Positions 1 to 10,700 of a stretch of DNA of 64,000 nt are shown in pieces. The position numbers and the translations under genes are program-made. This DNA comes from an uncultured Acidimicrobiales bacterium (GTDB taxonomy: Bacteria; Actinomycetota; Acidimicrobiia; Acidimicrobiales; UBA10347), in assembly GCA_963925805.1 (NCBI GenBank), contig CAWUSE010000023.1, positions 65,098 through 129,097 on the forward strand, in the 5' to 3' direction. Position 1 is the stretch's first letter. Every line of letters starts with the position of its first letter. A model generated the notes under the pieces. The model saw only the letters and a list, made by a program, of their open reading frames with translations. It did no database searches and was not told the origin of the DNA.

Positions 1-97
1 CCTTGCTGACATGTCAATGCGTGCTGGCGAGCAGGCACGGCCCAACGCTGCGGCAGACATAGCCAACTTGATCGAGACGCACGCTCGTGCCCGTTGA
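1..97 (+). CDS. murG: C-terminal fragment of the upstream dcw gene, probably MurG (partial, runs off the window)
   Basis: The frame starting at nt 2 is open from the window edge to TGA 95-97 (...ADIANLIETHARAR*). The stop overlaps the GTG start of murC at 87. Identity is inferred only from the conserved murG-murC order. Confidence 0.4.
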   Translation, partial: LADMSMRAGEQARPNAAADIANLIETHARAR

Positions 98-2420
98 TCC
101 ATCGCTCGTCCTGGAAGAACTTCGGCCGACAACCCGCCCGATAGATCTGGGTACGCCACGGTCGATCCACATCGTGGGGATCGGGGGAGCCGGGATGCGC
201 GCTGTGGCCCGCATCCTGCTGGCTATGGGTCACACCATCACTGGTTCAGATAGCGCTGGGTCTCGGCACCTGGATGAGCTAGTTGCGTTGGGCGCCACGA
301 CGTTCGTTGGTCATCACGGGTCACATGCAGCGAACGCAGACCTCGTGACTCGGTCGACCGCGGTGCCAGACTCAAACCCCGACATTGTTGGTGCTCTCCA
401 GCGAGGCACCCCGGTCTATTCGCGAGCCGAGATCCTCGCTGCAATCGTGGTGACTCGACCTGCCATCCTGGTCGCTGGCACTCATGGTAAAACCACGACA
501 TCTTCGATGCTTTCGGTGCTGCTTGATCATGCTGGTCTGCAACCATCGTTCATCATTGGATCCGATGTGGTTCATTTCGGTACCGGGGCACGGTGGGAAA
601 CAACAGAGCATTTTGTCGTTGAAGCCGACGAGAGCGATGGCACCTTCTTAACGCTGATGGGTGCCCACGCCATCGTGACATCATTGGACCCTGACCATCT
701 CGAGTTCTACGGGTCGGCCGAACGGCTCAGCGCTGCATTCAGCGGGTTTGTCGAAGGGATCGACGGCATCACGGCGGTGTGTATCGACGACAGCGATACA
801 CACGTGCTGTTGGGCTGCAGCGGGATTGTGACCTATGGGACCGACGACCGGTCTGACCTGTGTATCTCCAGGATCGACGTCACGGAGGACGACACCGAAT
901 TCGACGTGCGTTGGCAAGGCCAGCGACTCGGCCGTGTCTGCGTCGGATTGCCAGGCCATCACAACGCGCTAAATGCGGCGGGTGCCCTGACGATCGCACT
1001 TGGACTTGGTGTGCACTTCGACCGCGCTGTCGAAGGTCTCGCTCGTTTCAACGGCGTCGCACGTCGATTTGAACAGCGAGGAGACCACCTTGGTACCCGC
1101 CTGGTCGATGACTACGCGCACCTTCCGGCGGAGGTCGAGGCCGCGATCGCTGCGGCGAAGCATGGGCCGTGGAATCGTGTTCTGGCTGCCTATCAGCCGC
1201 ATCGTTATAGCCGGACTCAGGCCCTTGGCGCCACGTTTGCCACCTCGTTTCGTGGTGTTCACCATTTGGTGCTGACCGATATCTATCCGTCAGGTGAAGA
1301 ACCAAGAGCGGGCGTCACGGGGCGCATCGTGTATGACGCTGTGGTCGCTGCATGTCCAGAAATGTCTGTGAGCTGGCAGCCGACGTTGGATGATGTCGCC
1401 GGCCATCTGGCCGCCAAGTTGGGCCCAGGCGACCTGTGCCTGACGATGGGGGCTGGAGACCTGACAACAGTGCCAGACATGGTCGTGCAGCGACTCCGTG
1501 CGTCTACCCCAGGTTCTATGGCTTGGCTCTTCGATCTCGCACCGCAACTTATTGACACCATCGTGCGCCACCATGAACCAATCGGTATCCGAACGACGTA
1601 TCGCGTCGGTGGGGCGGCCCTGGCGCACGCTGTGGTCGCCACAATTTCTGATTTAGTGGTTCTCGTAAGCGCAGCAGTGTCGAATCGCGTGCCGATCATT
1701 ATGGTGGGCAACGGTTCGAACATGCTGGTTTCTGATAGCGGCTTCTGGGGGCTATCGATCTCTCTGGCTGGCGAGTTCGACGCGATTGCCATCGAGGCAG
1801 GCACAGCCACCCTCGGCGCTGCGGTGTCGCTACCGGCGGCGGCCCGGCGTTTGACCGCGAAGGGATTGACTGGATTCGAGTGGGCGGTTGGTGTGCCAGG
1901 CACAATCGGAGGTGCGGTGGCCATGAACGCTGGCGGTCATGGCTCTGACATGGCGGCGACCGTCATCAGCGCAGCCGTGCTGGACATGACGACTGGTGAA
2001 CAACGGGTATGGGCCGCTGATGAGTTGTCGTTCCGATATCGCAGCTCTGCTATTGGCAGCGAACAGATCGTTCTGGCTGTGACGATGAATGTGAATCCGG
2101 GCGAGTCATCAGATGGTGAGGCGCTGCTCAGCGAGATCGTACGTTGGCGACGTGAACATCAGCCAGGTGGACAGAACGCAGGCTCGGTCTTCACAAACCC
2201 TTCTGGAGAGAGCGCCGGGCGGTTGATTGAAGCGGCTGGAGGCAAGGGCCTCCGAGTGGGAACGGCGCAGGTCAGCGACAAGCACGCGAACTTCATTCAG
2301 ACTGATCCGAATGGTATGGCCGACGACGTTCTCGACCTGATGCGTCGGGTGCAGGCCCTGGTCTGGGAACATGCTGGAATTAGACTCGAACCCGAGACTC
2401 GCCTGGTCGGTTTCTCATGA
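87..2420 (+). CDS. murC: Fused UDP-N-acetylmuramate--L-alanine ligase (MurC, N-terminal ~470 aa) and UDP-N-acetylenolpyruvoylglucosamine reductase (MurB, C-terminal ~290 aa)
   Basis: N-terminal part has the Mur ligase motifs IHIVGIGGAGM and GTHGKTTTSSM. C-terminal part has MurB motifs: TTYRVGGAA, GNGSNMLVSD, FRYRSS, GSVFTNP, AGRLIE and KHANFIQ. It is a single uninterrupted 777-aa frame. Confidence 0.9.
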   Translation: MPVDPSLVLEELRPTTRPIDLGTPRSIHIVGIGGAGMRAVARILLAMGHTITGSDSAGSRHLDELVALGATTFVGHHGSHAANADLVTRSTAVPDSNPDIVGALQRGTPVYSRAEILAAIVVTRPAILVAGTHGKTTTSSMLSVLLDHAGLQPSFIIGSDVVHFGTGARWETTEHFVVEADESDGTFLTLMGAHAIVTSLDPDHLEFYGSAERLSAAFSGFVEGIDGITAVCIDDSDTHVLLGCSGIVTYGTDDRSDLCISRIDVTEDDTEFDVRWQGQRLGRVCVGLPGHHNALNAAGALTIALGLGVHFDRAVEGLARFNGVARRFEQRGDHLGTRLVDDYAHLPAEVEAAIAAAKHGPWNRVLAAYQPHRYSRTQALGATFATSFRGVHHLVLTDIYPSGEEPRAGVTGRIVYDAVVAACPEMSVSWQPTLDDVAGHLAAKLGPGDLCLTMGAGDLTTVPDMVVQRLRASTPGSMAWLFDLAPQLIDTIVRHHEPIGIRTTYRVGGAALAHAVVATISDLVVLVSAAVSNRVPIIMVGNGSNMLVSDSGFWGLSISLAGEFDAIAIEAGTATLGAAVSLPAAARRLTAKGLTGFEWAVGVPGTIGGAVAMNAGGHGSDMAATVISAAVLDMTTGEQRVWAADELSFRYRSSAIGSEQIVLAVTMNVNPGESSDGEALLSEIVRWRREHQPGGQNAGSVFTNPSGESAGRLIEAAGGKGLRVGTAQVSDKHANFIQTDPNGMADDVLDLMRRVQALVWEHAGIRLEPETRLVGFS

Positions 2421-3298
2421 CGACGCCGCACCCGAAGATCACCGAGCGTCGGGCCGAGGTCGAAGACCAAAGCCAACGTTCGCGCCAACACAAGCTGATC
2501 GCTCTTGCGGTGTTGTTCGTGGTCATGCTGCTTGCAGGTGCGTCGACACAAAGTGCGCTACTCGATGTCGACGAGATCCGAATTGTTGGAGCTGAGCGGA
2601 CGCCCGCCAACTACCTACGTGCGGCTGCTGGCGTGGAGCTTGGGACACCACTGCTCGGACTGGATACCGGCCAGATTGAAACTCGGCTGATGGCCTTGCC
2701 TGAGATCGAAACAGTTGTGGCCTCGTCGAGTTGGGGCGGCGTCGTGACCGTGGAGATAAACGAGCGTGTAGCCGTTGCACGTATTGAGTCGCCTGATGGA
2801 ACTGTCGTTGTTGCCGCCGATGGATTGGTTCTCAATGTCATCGACCGGACCGTCGAAACGACGGTCACCAACGTCGTGCAGAGCCAGCCAGGTCAAACAA
2901 CTGAGCCCGGTGAAACACCCGATGGTTCTGTCACCGAACTGGTGCCGTTGGGACCAGAGATCGCCGCCTTGCCTGAGATAGCTGGAGCTATGTTCCAGAC
3001 CGAGCGCGGTAAATCAATTCCCGATGTACTCGACGACGCCTTGACGGTGGCCTCTGTATTACCCGCAGACATAGCGTCGATCACGCTGCGAGTGGAGATC
3101 ACCGTCGATTCGTTGGTCCTGCGAACCGTCGGAGGTGGGAACATTTCTCTTGGCGATGCTCGTGACCTTCATGAAAAATTCGAGGCGGTCCGGGCATTCC
3201 TGGCTCAGGTTGACCTGAGCTGTCTCGAGACCCTTGACGTACGAGCGCCGTCTGTCCCGGTTATCCGCAGGGCCCTAGATTGTCGAGTGCTGGGTTAG
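2417..3298 (+). CDS. ftsQ: Cell division protein FtsQ (POTRA domain, single N-terminal TM helix)
   Basis: 4-nt start/stop overlap with murC-murB. TM segment LIALAVLFVVMLLAG is followed by a POTRA-like IRIVGAERT...ETRLMALPEIETV. It sits immediately upstream of ftsZ. Confidence 0.8.
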   Translation: MTTPHPKITERRAEVEDQSQRSRQHKLIALAVLFVVMLLAGASTQSALLDVDEIRIVGAERTPANYLRAAAGVELGTPLLGLDTGQIETRLMALPEIETVVASSSWGGVVTVEINERVAVARIESPDGTVVVAADGLVLNVIDRTVETTVTNVVQSQPGQTTEPGETPDGSVTELVPLGPEIAALPEIAGAMFQTERGKSIPDVLDDALTVASVLPADIASITLRVEITVDSLVLRTVGGGNISLGDARDLHEKFEAVRAFLAQVDLSCLETLDVRAPSVPVIRRALDCRVLG

Positions 3299-3510
3299 AG
3301 GCGAAGACCCCCTTACGTGAAGATGTCAGGGGTCTCCGCCCAAAACCCTGACTAATTGGCCTCAACATCAACTCTGGCCACAGCATCCTCAGAAAACCTC
3401 TACTCGATGTTTAGTTTCAAACTCTATAGTTGTAGTCGAGACTGGCAAAGTTAAACTCTGCACTTTAGCTCTGGGCATGTAGGCTCTATCCCAGCGCGAA
3501 TGGAGAACTT

Positions 3511-4638
3511 GTGACTACACCTATCAACTACCTGGCAGTGATCAAGGTCGTCGGCGTCGGCGGTGGCGGCGTGAACGCGGTGAACCGCATGATTGATGCC
3601 GGCTTGCGGGGTGTCGAGTTCATTGCGATCAACACCGATGCCCAGGCATTGCTGATGAGCGACGCCGAAATAAAGATTGACATTGGGCGCGAATTGACCC
3701 GTGGACTTGGCGCCGGTAGCGACCCTGACATTGGTGCGGCAGCAGCCGAAGCGCACGAGGATGAAATTCGTACGGCGCTCGAAGGTAGCGACATGGTCTT
3801 CATCACCGCCGGTGAAGGTGGCGGCACAGGGACTGGCGCAGCGCCTGTTGTGGCCGATATCGCAAAGTCGCTGGGCGCGCTCACGATTGGGGTGGTCACT
3901 CGTCCATTCGCATTCGAAGGCCGCCGCCGTTCGGTGCAAGCTGATCAGGGAATCACGCGGCTCAGAGAAAAGGTTGATACCCAGATCGTTATTCCGAATG
4001 ACCGTCTGTTGTCGATCTCAACTGCCGACACGTCGATCATCGAGGCATTCCGTATCGCTGATGATGTACTCCTTCATGGCGTTCAGGGCATCACCACATT
4101 GATCACTACGCCTGGTCTGGTCAACACCGACTTCGCCGACGTGAAGATGATCTTGCAAGACGCTGGGTCTGCCTTAATGGGTGTCGGCGAATCATCGGGT
4201 GAAGAGCGCGGCGTAGGTGCAGCTCGAAAGGCTATCTCCAGCCCACTGCTGGAGTCATCCATCGAGGGTGCTCGCGGCATTCTTTTGAATATCACCGGTA
4301 GCTCGGCGCTAGGCCTGCTCGAAGTGAACGAAGCCGCCGAAATCATTCAGGGTGTCGCTCACCCTGATGCCAACATCATCTTTGGCACCGTGATCGACGA
4401 GAACATGGGCGACGCGATTCGCGTGACAGTAATCGCCGCTGGTTTTGATCGCTGGGCCGATGCGGCAGCCCCGACAGCGGCAGCCGCCGTGTCGCCGCAA
4501 GCCTCCACACCTCCGGTCTATGAGGCAGAGGAGATCGACGTGTTCGACGATCTGTCAGATCCATTCGAAGAAGCCCCTGTGCCCGTAGAGGCTGGCAGCG
4601 ACTTCGATGATCTTGACGTTCCCTCGTTTCTTAAGTGA
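3511..4638 (+). CDS. ftsZ: Cell division GTPase FtsZ
   Basis: Tubulin signature [14 protein letters not shown]-terminal [17 protein letters not shown], and the acidic C-terminal tail [10 protein letters not shown]. Confidence 0.97.
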   Translation: MTTPINYLAVIKVVGVGGGGVNAVNRMIDAGLRGVEFIAINTDAQALLMSDAEIKIDIGRELTRGLGAGSDPDIGAAAAEAHEDEIRTALEGSDMVFITAGEGGGTGTGAAPVVADIAKSLGALTIGVVTRPFAFEGRRRSVQADQGITRLREKVDTQIVIPNDRLLSISTADTSIIEAFRIADDVLLHGVQGITTLITTPGLVNTDFADVKMILQDAGSALMGVGESSGEERGVGAARKAISSPLLESSIEGARGILLNITGSSALGLLEVNEAAEIIQGVAHPDANIIFGTVIDENMGDAIRVTVIAAGFDRWADAAAPTAAAAVSPQASTPPVYEAEEIDVFDDLSDPFEEAPVPVEAGSDFDDLDVPSFLK

Positions 4639-5368
4639 ACTGCGGCGGCGAATGCAGCCGTTGATCCAGCGCGAGTTTGAGGGGCGCACGGCTCAGATCG
4701 CTCACTCGACCCGCTCCGATGGCGATCTTTCACCGGCGGCAGTGGCTCGCAATGATCTGAGTCGTCGCCGCCAGCGAGCTGTGGCGTATCCATGGTGTGT
4801 AGTGCGTCAGGTTCATAGCGACCGGGTAGTAGTGGCCATGCATGGAGACGTGACAGACGAATGGTCAGTGGCCGATGCGCTGGTGACGAATGAAACGAAC
4901 CTCGTGCTGGCCGTGCACTCGGGTGATTGTGTACCCGTTGGCTTTATAACCGACTCGGCAACAGTCGCTGCAGCGCACGCTGGCTGGCGGGGCCTTGAAG
5001 CCGGTGTGCTTGAGTCGACCGTCCGGCGACTCCGAGAGTTTGATGGCGCAGCTTCGATTACCGCTGCGGTGGGTCCTCACATTCGAGCCTGCCACTACGA
5101 GTTCGGGTCAGCAGACCTTGATCGCCTCGCCCAGCGGTTCGGATCCGACGCTGTCGGAGTGACCAACGGTGGACAGCCAGCCTTGGACTTAACGGCCGCT
5201 GTAGCGGGCGAGCTTGGTCGGCTCGGTATCGATGTTGCCGAGTGGTCAGGTGGATGTACCGCTGGTGACGCAGAGCGCTATTGGTCACATCGTGAGCGCC
5301 ACGAATCCGGCCGGATTGCGCTTGCTGCATGGATCGAGTCAACTGACGAAAGTGAAGATGCTCGATGA
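4607..5368 (+). CDS. pgeF: YfiH/PgeF-family (laccase-domain, peptidoglycan editing factor) protein. The real start is probably ATG 4652.
   Basis: Motifs HSGDCVPV and AAAHAGWRG, and the position after ftsZ that is conserved in Actinobacteria. The 5' end of the listed ORF overlaps the ftsZ tail. Confidence 0.8.
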   Translation: MILTFPRFLSELRRRMQPLIQREFEGRTAQIAHSTRSDGDLSPAAVARNDLSRRRQRAVAYPWCVVRQVHSDRVVVAMHGDVTDEWSVADALVTNETNLVLAVHSGDCVPVGFITDSATVAAAHAGWRGLEAGVLESTVRRLREFDGAASITAAVGPHIRACHYEFGSADLDRLAQRFGSDAVGVTNGGQPALDLTAAVAGELGRLGIDVAEWSGGCTAGDAERYWSHRERHESGRIALAAWIESTDESEDAR

Positions 5369-6051
5369 CGGACGGCGCAGCAGCGATCGACGAAGCCGAG
5401 GTTGAGCGCCGTCAGAGCCGGCTCGGTGAGCGCCTGAATCTCGTTCGCGCTCGGATGGCGGCCGCAGGCGGACAACACGTTGCATTGTTGCCGGTTTCGA
5501 AGGGACATCCAGTCGAGGCGGCAGTTGCAGCGAGACGTTGTGGCCTAACGGAACTCGGAGAGAACTATGCCCAGGATCTGGTAGCCAAGGCCCCTGTTGT
5601 TGCCCAGTCTGCGGGTCGTGTTGGCTGGCACTTTATTGGACAACTCCAGACCAACAAGGTCCGGTTGATGGCGGACCACATCCATACATGGCAGTCGGTC
5701 GATCGGATCAGAGTCGCGCGAGAGATCGCGAAGCGGGCGCCGGGAGCTCGCGTCTTTGCCCAGGTCAATCTGTCGGCAGAGTCCCACAAGGCTGGATGCT
5801 CATTCGAGGACATCGATGAGCTTGTAGAGTCGATGTACGAGCTGGAACTCGAAGTGGCAGGGCTGATGGGCGTCGGGGCTGCTGCCGACGACACAGCGAC
5901 GGCAGCAGGATTTGCGCAGCTGCGAGGTACCGTCGACCGCTTGAATCTGACCGAGTGCTCGATGGGTATGACGGCCGACCTCGAGATGGCAATCAGCGAA
6001 GGATCCACAATGGTGCGGGTTGGTTCTGATCTGTTCGGAGTCCGTGTGTGA
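5365..6051 (+). CDS. yggS: YggS-family pyridoxal-phosphate homeostasis protein
   Basis: LLPVSKGHP (PLP lysine), HFIGQLQTNKV, MGMTADLEMAI, and dcw-distal synteny. Confidence 0.88.
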   Translation: MTDGAAAIDEAEVERRQSRLGERLNLVRARMAAAGGQHVALLPVSKGHPVEAAVAARRCGLTELGENYAQDLVAKAPVVAQSAGRVGWHFIGQLQTNKVRLMADHIHTWQSVDRIRVAREIAKRAPGARVFAQVNLSAESHKAGCSFEDIDELVESMYELELEVAGLMGVGAAADDTATAAGFAQLRGTVDRLNLTECSMGMTADLEMAISEGSTMVRVGSDLFGVRV

Positions 6052-6112
6052 CCCCTCCGCAATTTGGCCGCTTCCGGTCACTAGTATCTATTGACGCTCA
6101 ACCCTTGGGGCG

Positions 6113-6763
6113 ATGAACATGTCTATTTGGAAAACCACAATGACCTGGCTAGGGCTTGGCCCCGACGCCGAGTACGAGCAGACGGGTGAATCTTCCTCAT
6201 CTGGGTTCAGCGACCCGGCGTTCGCGCCCGAAACTCGTGGTTCAGCCGCGAACACTCAGCCCAGCGGTGCGGTGCGTGGTCCGATCGGCCCCATGACCGA
6301 GCACGATCACAACGACTTCAGTGCCGTTCGATCACTTGGGCCAATGAGCGATGCCGACAACGAATACGGCAGCGAGCGTAACCCCGCTCCAGACGTGCGG
6401 CCGCTCACCAACACGTCGCTGCGCCCGGTCGAAGTCACCAGAGCCAGCGAACCGCCTATGGGTTCGGTGCAGGCGGTCCCAGCTGGTCTTGGCTCGAGGC
6501 CTCAGATCGTGGCGCCTCGTAGCTTTAACGACGCTCAAGCGGTTGCTGATCGTTTTCGAGGTGGTGCAGCCGTGATCTTGAACCTTCAAGAGACAGACGC
6601 CGTGCTCGGTCGCCGATTGATCGACTTCTGCAGCGGCCTCTGTTATGGCCTGCGCGGTCAGATGGAACGGGTAGGTGACCGTGTATTTTTGGTGACCCCA
6701 GCAGATGTGCAGTTGACTGCCGACGATCACCGGTTGATGCGCGACAGCGGCCTGCTTGGTTAA
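6113..6763 (+). CDS. sepF: Cell division protein SepF
   Basis: The C-terminal SepF domain reads IVAPRSFNDAQAVADRFRGGAAVILNL...DFCSGLCYGLRGQMERVGDRVFLVTP. The N-terminal half is disordered. Confidence 0.88.
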   Translation: MNMSIWKTTMTWLGLGPDAEYEQTGESSSSGFSDPAFAPETRGSAANTQPSGAVRGPIGPMTEHDHNDFSAVRSLGPMSDADNEYGSERNPAPDVRPLTNTSLRPVEVTRASEPPMGSVQAVPAGLGSRPQIVAPRSFNDAQAVADRFRGGAAVILNLQETDAVLGRRLIDFCSGLCYGLRGQMERVGDRVFLVTPADVQLTADDHRLMRDSGLLG

Positions 6764-6840
6764 GCGAAGACGCCGCTAAGGCTGAACGTATAATGGTTTG
6801 GACTGACAACTAGCATTTGCGTAGTCGCACGAACTGACGT

Positions 6841-7710
6841 GTGTCGGAGGACAGCACCATGACAAAAGGCGAGGTCCCTTTCCGGAGCTTTACTATGCGC
6901 TCCGACGGGTATGACCGGAACGAGGTCGACGTCTATATAGAAGACCAACAGAACGAGATTGCAAGACTTCGCCGTGTCGTCGAGGCAGCGACCTATACCG
7001 TCGACGGTGAAATGCAATTGTCTGGCCCCGAGGGGGAAGACAACCAAACGTTGGGGCTTTCGCACGAGACGGCAGAACGCGTCCTACCCGACATAACGGT
7101 GGAACGCGACACGACTATGGCTCAGCTTGCACACGCGCGTAGCGTCCGCGACGATCTACGCACCGAGGCCGCCGAATTAAAGGTATTGCTCGAGCGTTAT
7201 CGCAGTCAGGCCAGCGAAGCGGCTGACTTTTTGGCGGCAGCAACGGCTGGAGCGTTGAAGAGTCTCGGTCTCCCCGAACTGATTGATGACGATGTGGCAA
7301 CGGCTGGCACCCTTGTCAACATGAGCGGTGATACTAATGGTTCTGATGTCCTGGACAGCGACAACATTGAGAGCAGATCAGTCGCTGACGCCACCGGCGA
7401 CGGCAGTTTTTTACGGGCGGTAAAGGATCTTGATGACGCCACCGAGAACGACGGTGACGCACTCGCCGACGTAATCTCAATCGAGATGGACCTTTCCGAT
7501 AGCCACGCTCAGGTCGATGCAGAGGAAGGAACTTTCGGCGGGACCTTCCTGGCGGAAGTCCGCGCCGCTGCTGATGAAGCCGACGTGTCTCTGGTCCCCG
7601 AAAGTGTCGAATCGGACCTGTTCTTGTCTGAGCTTCGCGGCATCGCCGACGGAGCTCCTGACGATCTCGATAGCGATGCCGCCGATCGTTTTTTTGATGA
7701 CGGCATCTAA
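6841..7710 (+). CDS. DivIVA-domain protein (Wag31-like position) with a long acidic C-terminal half
   Basis: The N-terminal FRSFTMRSDGYDRNEVDVYIE...IARL matches the DivIVA lipid-binding/coiled-coil start, and the gene follows sepF. The start could be ATG 6859. Confidence 0.7.
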   Translation: MSEDSTMTKGEVPFRSFTMRSDGYDRNEVDVYIEDQQNEIARLRRVVEAATYTVDGEMQLSGPEGEDNQTLGLSHETAERVLPDITVERDTTMAQLAHARSVRDDLRTEAAELKVLLERYRSQASEAADFLAAATAGALKSLGLPELIDDDVATAGTLVNMSGDTNGSDVLDSDNIESRSVADATGDGSFLRAVKDLDDATENDGDALADVISIEMDLSDSHAQVDAEEGTFGGTFLAEVRAAADEADVSLVPESVESDLFLSELRGIADGAPDDLDSDAADRFFDDGI

Positions 7711-7716
7711 GTCTTT

Positions 7717-7739
7717 CTGGCCGCTGCGGTAGGGGCCAG
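7717..7739. terminator. Hairpin between the convergent divIVA-like and ileS 3' ends
   Basis: CTGGCC (7717-7722) pairs with GGCCAG (7734-7739) around an 11-nt loop. There is no clear U-tract on either strand. Confidence 0.3.
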
Positions 7740-7772
7740 TGTTGGGCCTATGTCAGGACCATGGTTCTAGGC

Positions 7773-10700
7773 CTAGGATTTCTGGATCTTGAAAGTAATG
7801 CTGTGCCCATCGAGTTCATATGTGAATTCGGTGGAACCAACCTGGCCAAAGGCGAACTCGGTAGCGAGCACCTGAGCTGCCAGGTTTTCTGTGTGTGGCT
7901 CAAGCCAGCCGCGCACGTCGGCATCGGTGTCGATAGTGAGCGATATGCGGTCGGTGACATCGAGGCTGGTAGCACGCCGTGCATCCTGGATCCAGCGTGA
8001 CAGTTGGCGGGCGTGGCCTTCGTTGACCAGCGCAGGAGTAAGGACAGTATCGAGCACTACTACCGCATCGCCTGACGACAGCCCGCCTACGGCGCCATCG
8101 GTAGCTGGCTCGAGAGCGATCTCGAACTCGCCGTCAGCAAGGGTGTGGCCGCCAACGTCAACCGTGCCGTCGTTGTTGGGGGACCACTGGCCAGCTCGTG
8201 CCGCAGCGAGGACCTCTTGCATGCCGCTGCCCAGACGAGGGCCCAGCAGCTTGCCGTTGGGCTTCAGCACACGTGAGGCAAAGGCGTCGAGGTCGCCGGA
8301 GAACGTGACTTTTTTGACGTTTATCTCGTCGCGGATCAGGTCGGCGAAGTCCACGAGTGAACTCGTAGCATTTCCGGCGATTGTTAGCTCTGCAAGTGGG
8401 ATTCGAACGCCGATGCTTTGGTCTTCTCGGAGGTTGAGTGCTGCTGAGCAAACCTCGCGGACGCCGTCCATAGCGGCAACAAGGTCGGGGTCCGAGGGCA
8501 ACACGTCGGCCTGCGGCCAGTCGGCCAGATGAACATTGTCGCCGCCGGTAAGGCCGCGGTGGATCTCGTCGGCGACCATCGGGAGCAGCGGCGCGAGTGT
8601 GCGGCTCAGAGTCACCAGCACGGTGTACAACGTGTTGTACACAGCCTGCTTATCGGCAGGATCGGCTTCCGACGTAGGCGCCCAGAATCGCGAGCGGCTG
8701 CGTCGGATATACCAGTTATTGAGGGCATCAGTGAACGATTGAGCGGTCGCAGTTGCGCCGGGCAGGTCATAGGCGTCCATAGCGACAGTGACGGACTCGA
8801 CGAGTTCGCGCGTCTTGGCCAGGATGTAGCGGTCGACGAGGTCTGAACTAGACACGTCGAATTCGGCGGTTAGATCGTCGGCGTTCGCGTACAGGGTGAA
8901 GAACGAGTAGGCGTTCCAGACTGGATTGATGATCAGGCGGGTGACATCGCGAATTTCGCGTTCGCTAATTCGAAGGTCGCCGCCTCGTAGTACGGGTGAT
9001 GCCATGAGATACCAGCGCAGAGCGTCGGCGCCAACGCTGTTGTACATCTCTTCGGGATCGGGATAGTTCTGAAGCTTTTTGGAGAGCTTGTCGCCGTTCT
9101 CGGCAAGAAGGACACCGTGGCCGATGCCATTAAGGAATGCGGGCCGGTCAAAGAGCGCAGTCGACAAAACATGCAGCGTGTAGAACCACCCGCGTGTCTG
9201 GTTGATGTACTCGACGATGAAGTCGGCAGGGAAGTGGTTTTCGAACCACTCTTTGTTCTCGAATGGATAGTGCACCTGGGCGTACGGCATCGAGCCGCTC
9301 TCGAACCAGCAGTCAAAGACTTCGGGCACACGACGCATGGTCGACTTTCCGGTCGGATCGTCGGGGTTTGGGCGGGTCAACTCGTCGATGTAAGGACGGT
9401 GCAGGTCCGTGGGACGCACCCCGAAGTCGGCTTCGATTTCATCGAGACTGCCGTAGACGTCGGTACGCGGGTAGGCGGGGTCATCTGACTGCCACACAGG
9501 GATCGGTGAACCCCAGAAACGGTTACGGCTGATCGACCAATCACGAGCTCCCTCGAGCCATTTCCCGAAGCGGCCGTCACGGACGTTGTTGGGTACCCAA
9601 TTGATCTCTTGGTTGAGTTCGACCATACGATCGCGGAACGCGGTGACTTCGACGTACCAGCTTGGGAGCGCGCGATAGATGATTGGTGTGTCGGTGCGCC
9701 AGCAATGTGGGTAGTTGTGGTCATAGGTTTCGTGACGAACCACCACGCCAGCTTGCTTTAGGTGTTCGATGATTAGCGGGTTGGCCTCGAAGACGTTCGT
9801 GCCGGCCCAATCGGCGACCTCGCTGGTGAACTTACCTTCGTCGTCCACGGGGACGACCATGGTGATGCCGTTGGCTTCGCTCACAGTCTGGTCATCTTCG
9901 CCAAAGCCAGGAGCCATGTGAACAACGCCGGTGCCGTCTCCAGTCTCAACGAACGCTGCGCTGAGGACCCGAAACGAATCTGGATGATCGGCAAAATAGG
10001 GCAGGATTGGCTTGTAGGTGCGGCCAACGAGGTCGCTGCCAGTCATCTCGCGGATGATGGTGTATTCGCCTAGTTCACGACTGTAACGATCGAGCGCGTC
10101 GGTGCCCAGGATCCAGTCAGCAGACTGTCCTTCGGCTCGAACCTGGGTGTAGCTGATGGCGGGCCCAACAGCAAGCGCCAAGTTGGAAGGTAATGTCCAC
10201 GGTGTTGTGGTCCACGCGAGAAGCTGGGTGCCATCGTCGAGGGTGAACGCGATGGTTAATGCGGGGTCTTGACGGGGACGGGTCGCGTCGTCCAACCGGA
10301 TCTCGAAGTTCGAGAGTGGCGTTTCAGCGCCCCACGAGTAAGGCATTACTCGGTTCGCGCGATAAATCAGGCCCTTATCCCAGAGTTGCTTGAACGCCCA
10401 GATGACGCTCTCCATATAGGAGAGGTCCATTGTTTTGTAATCGTTCTCGAAGTCGACCCAACGGGCTTGGCGAGTGACGTAGCGCTCCCATTCGGATGTG
10501 TAGCGCAGGACTGAGGACCGGCAGTACTCGTTGAATTTGTCTATGCCATATTCGGTAATTGCGCTGCGGCCGGAAACATCAAGTTCTTGTTCGGCACCCA
10601 TCTCGGCAGGCAAACCATGGCAGTCCCAGCCGAAGCGACGCTCGACGCGGTTGCCTTTCATGGCCTGGTATCGAGGCACGACATCTTTCACATAACCTGT

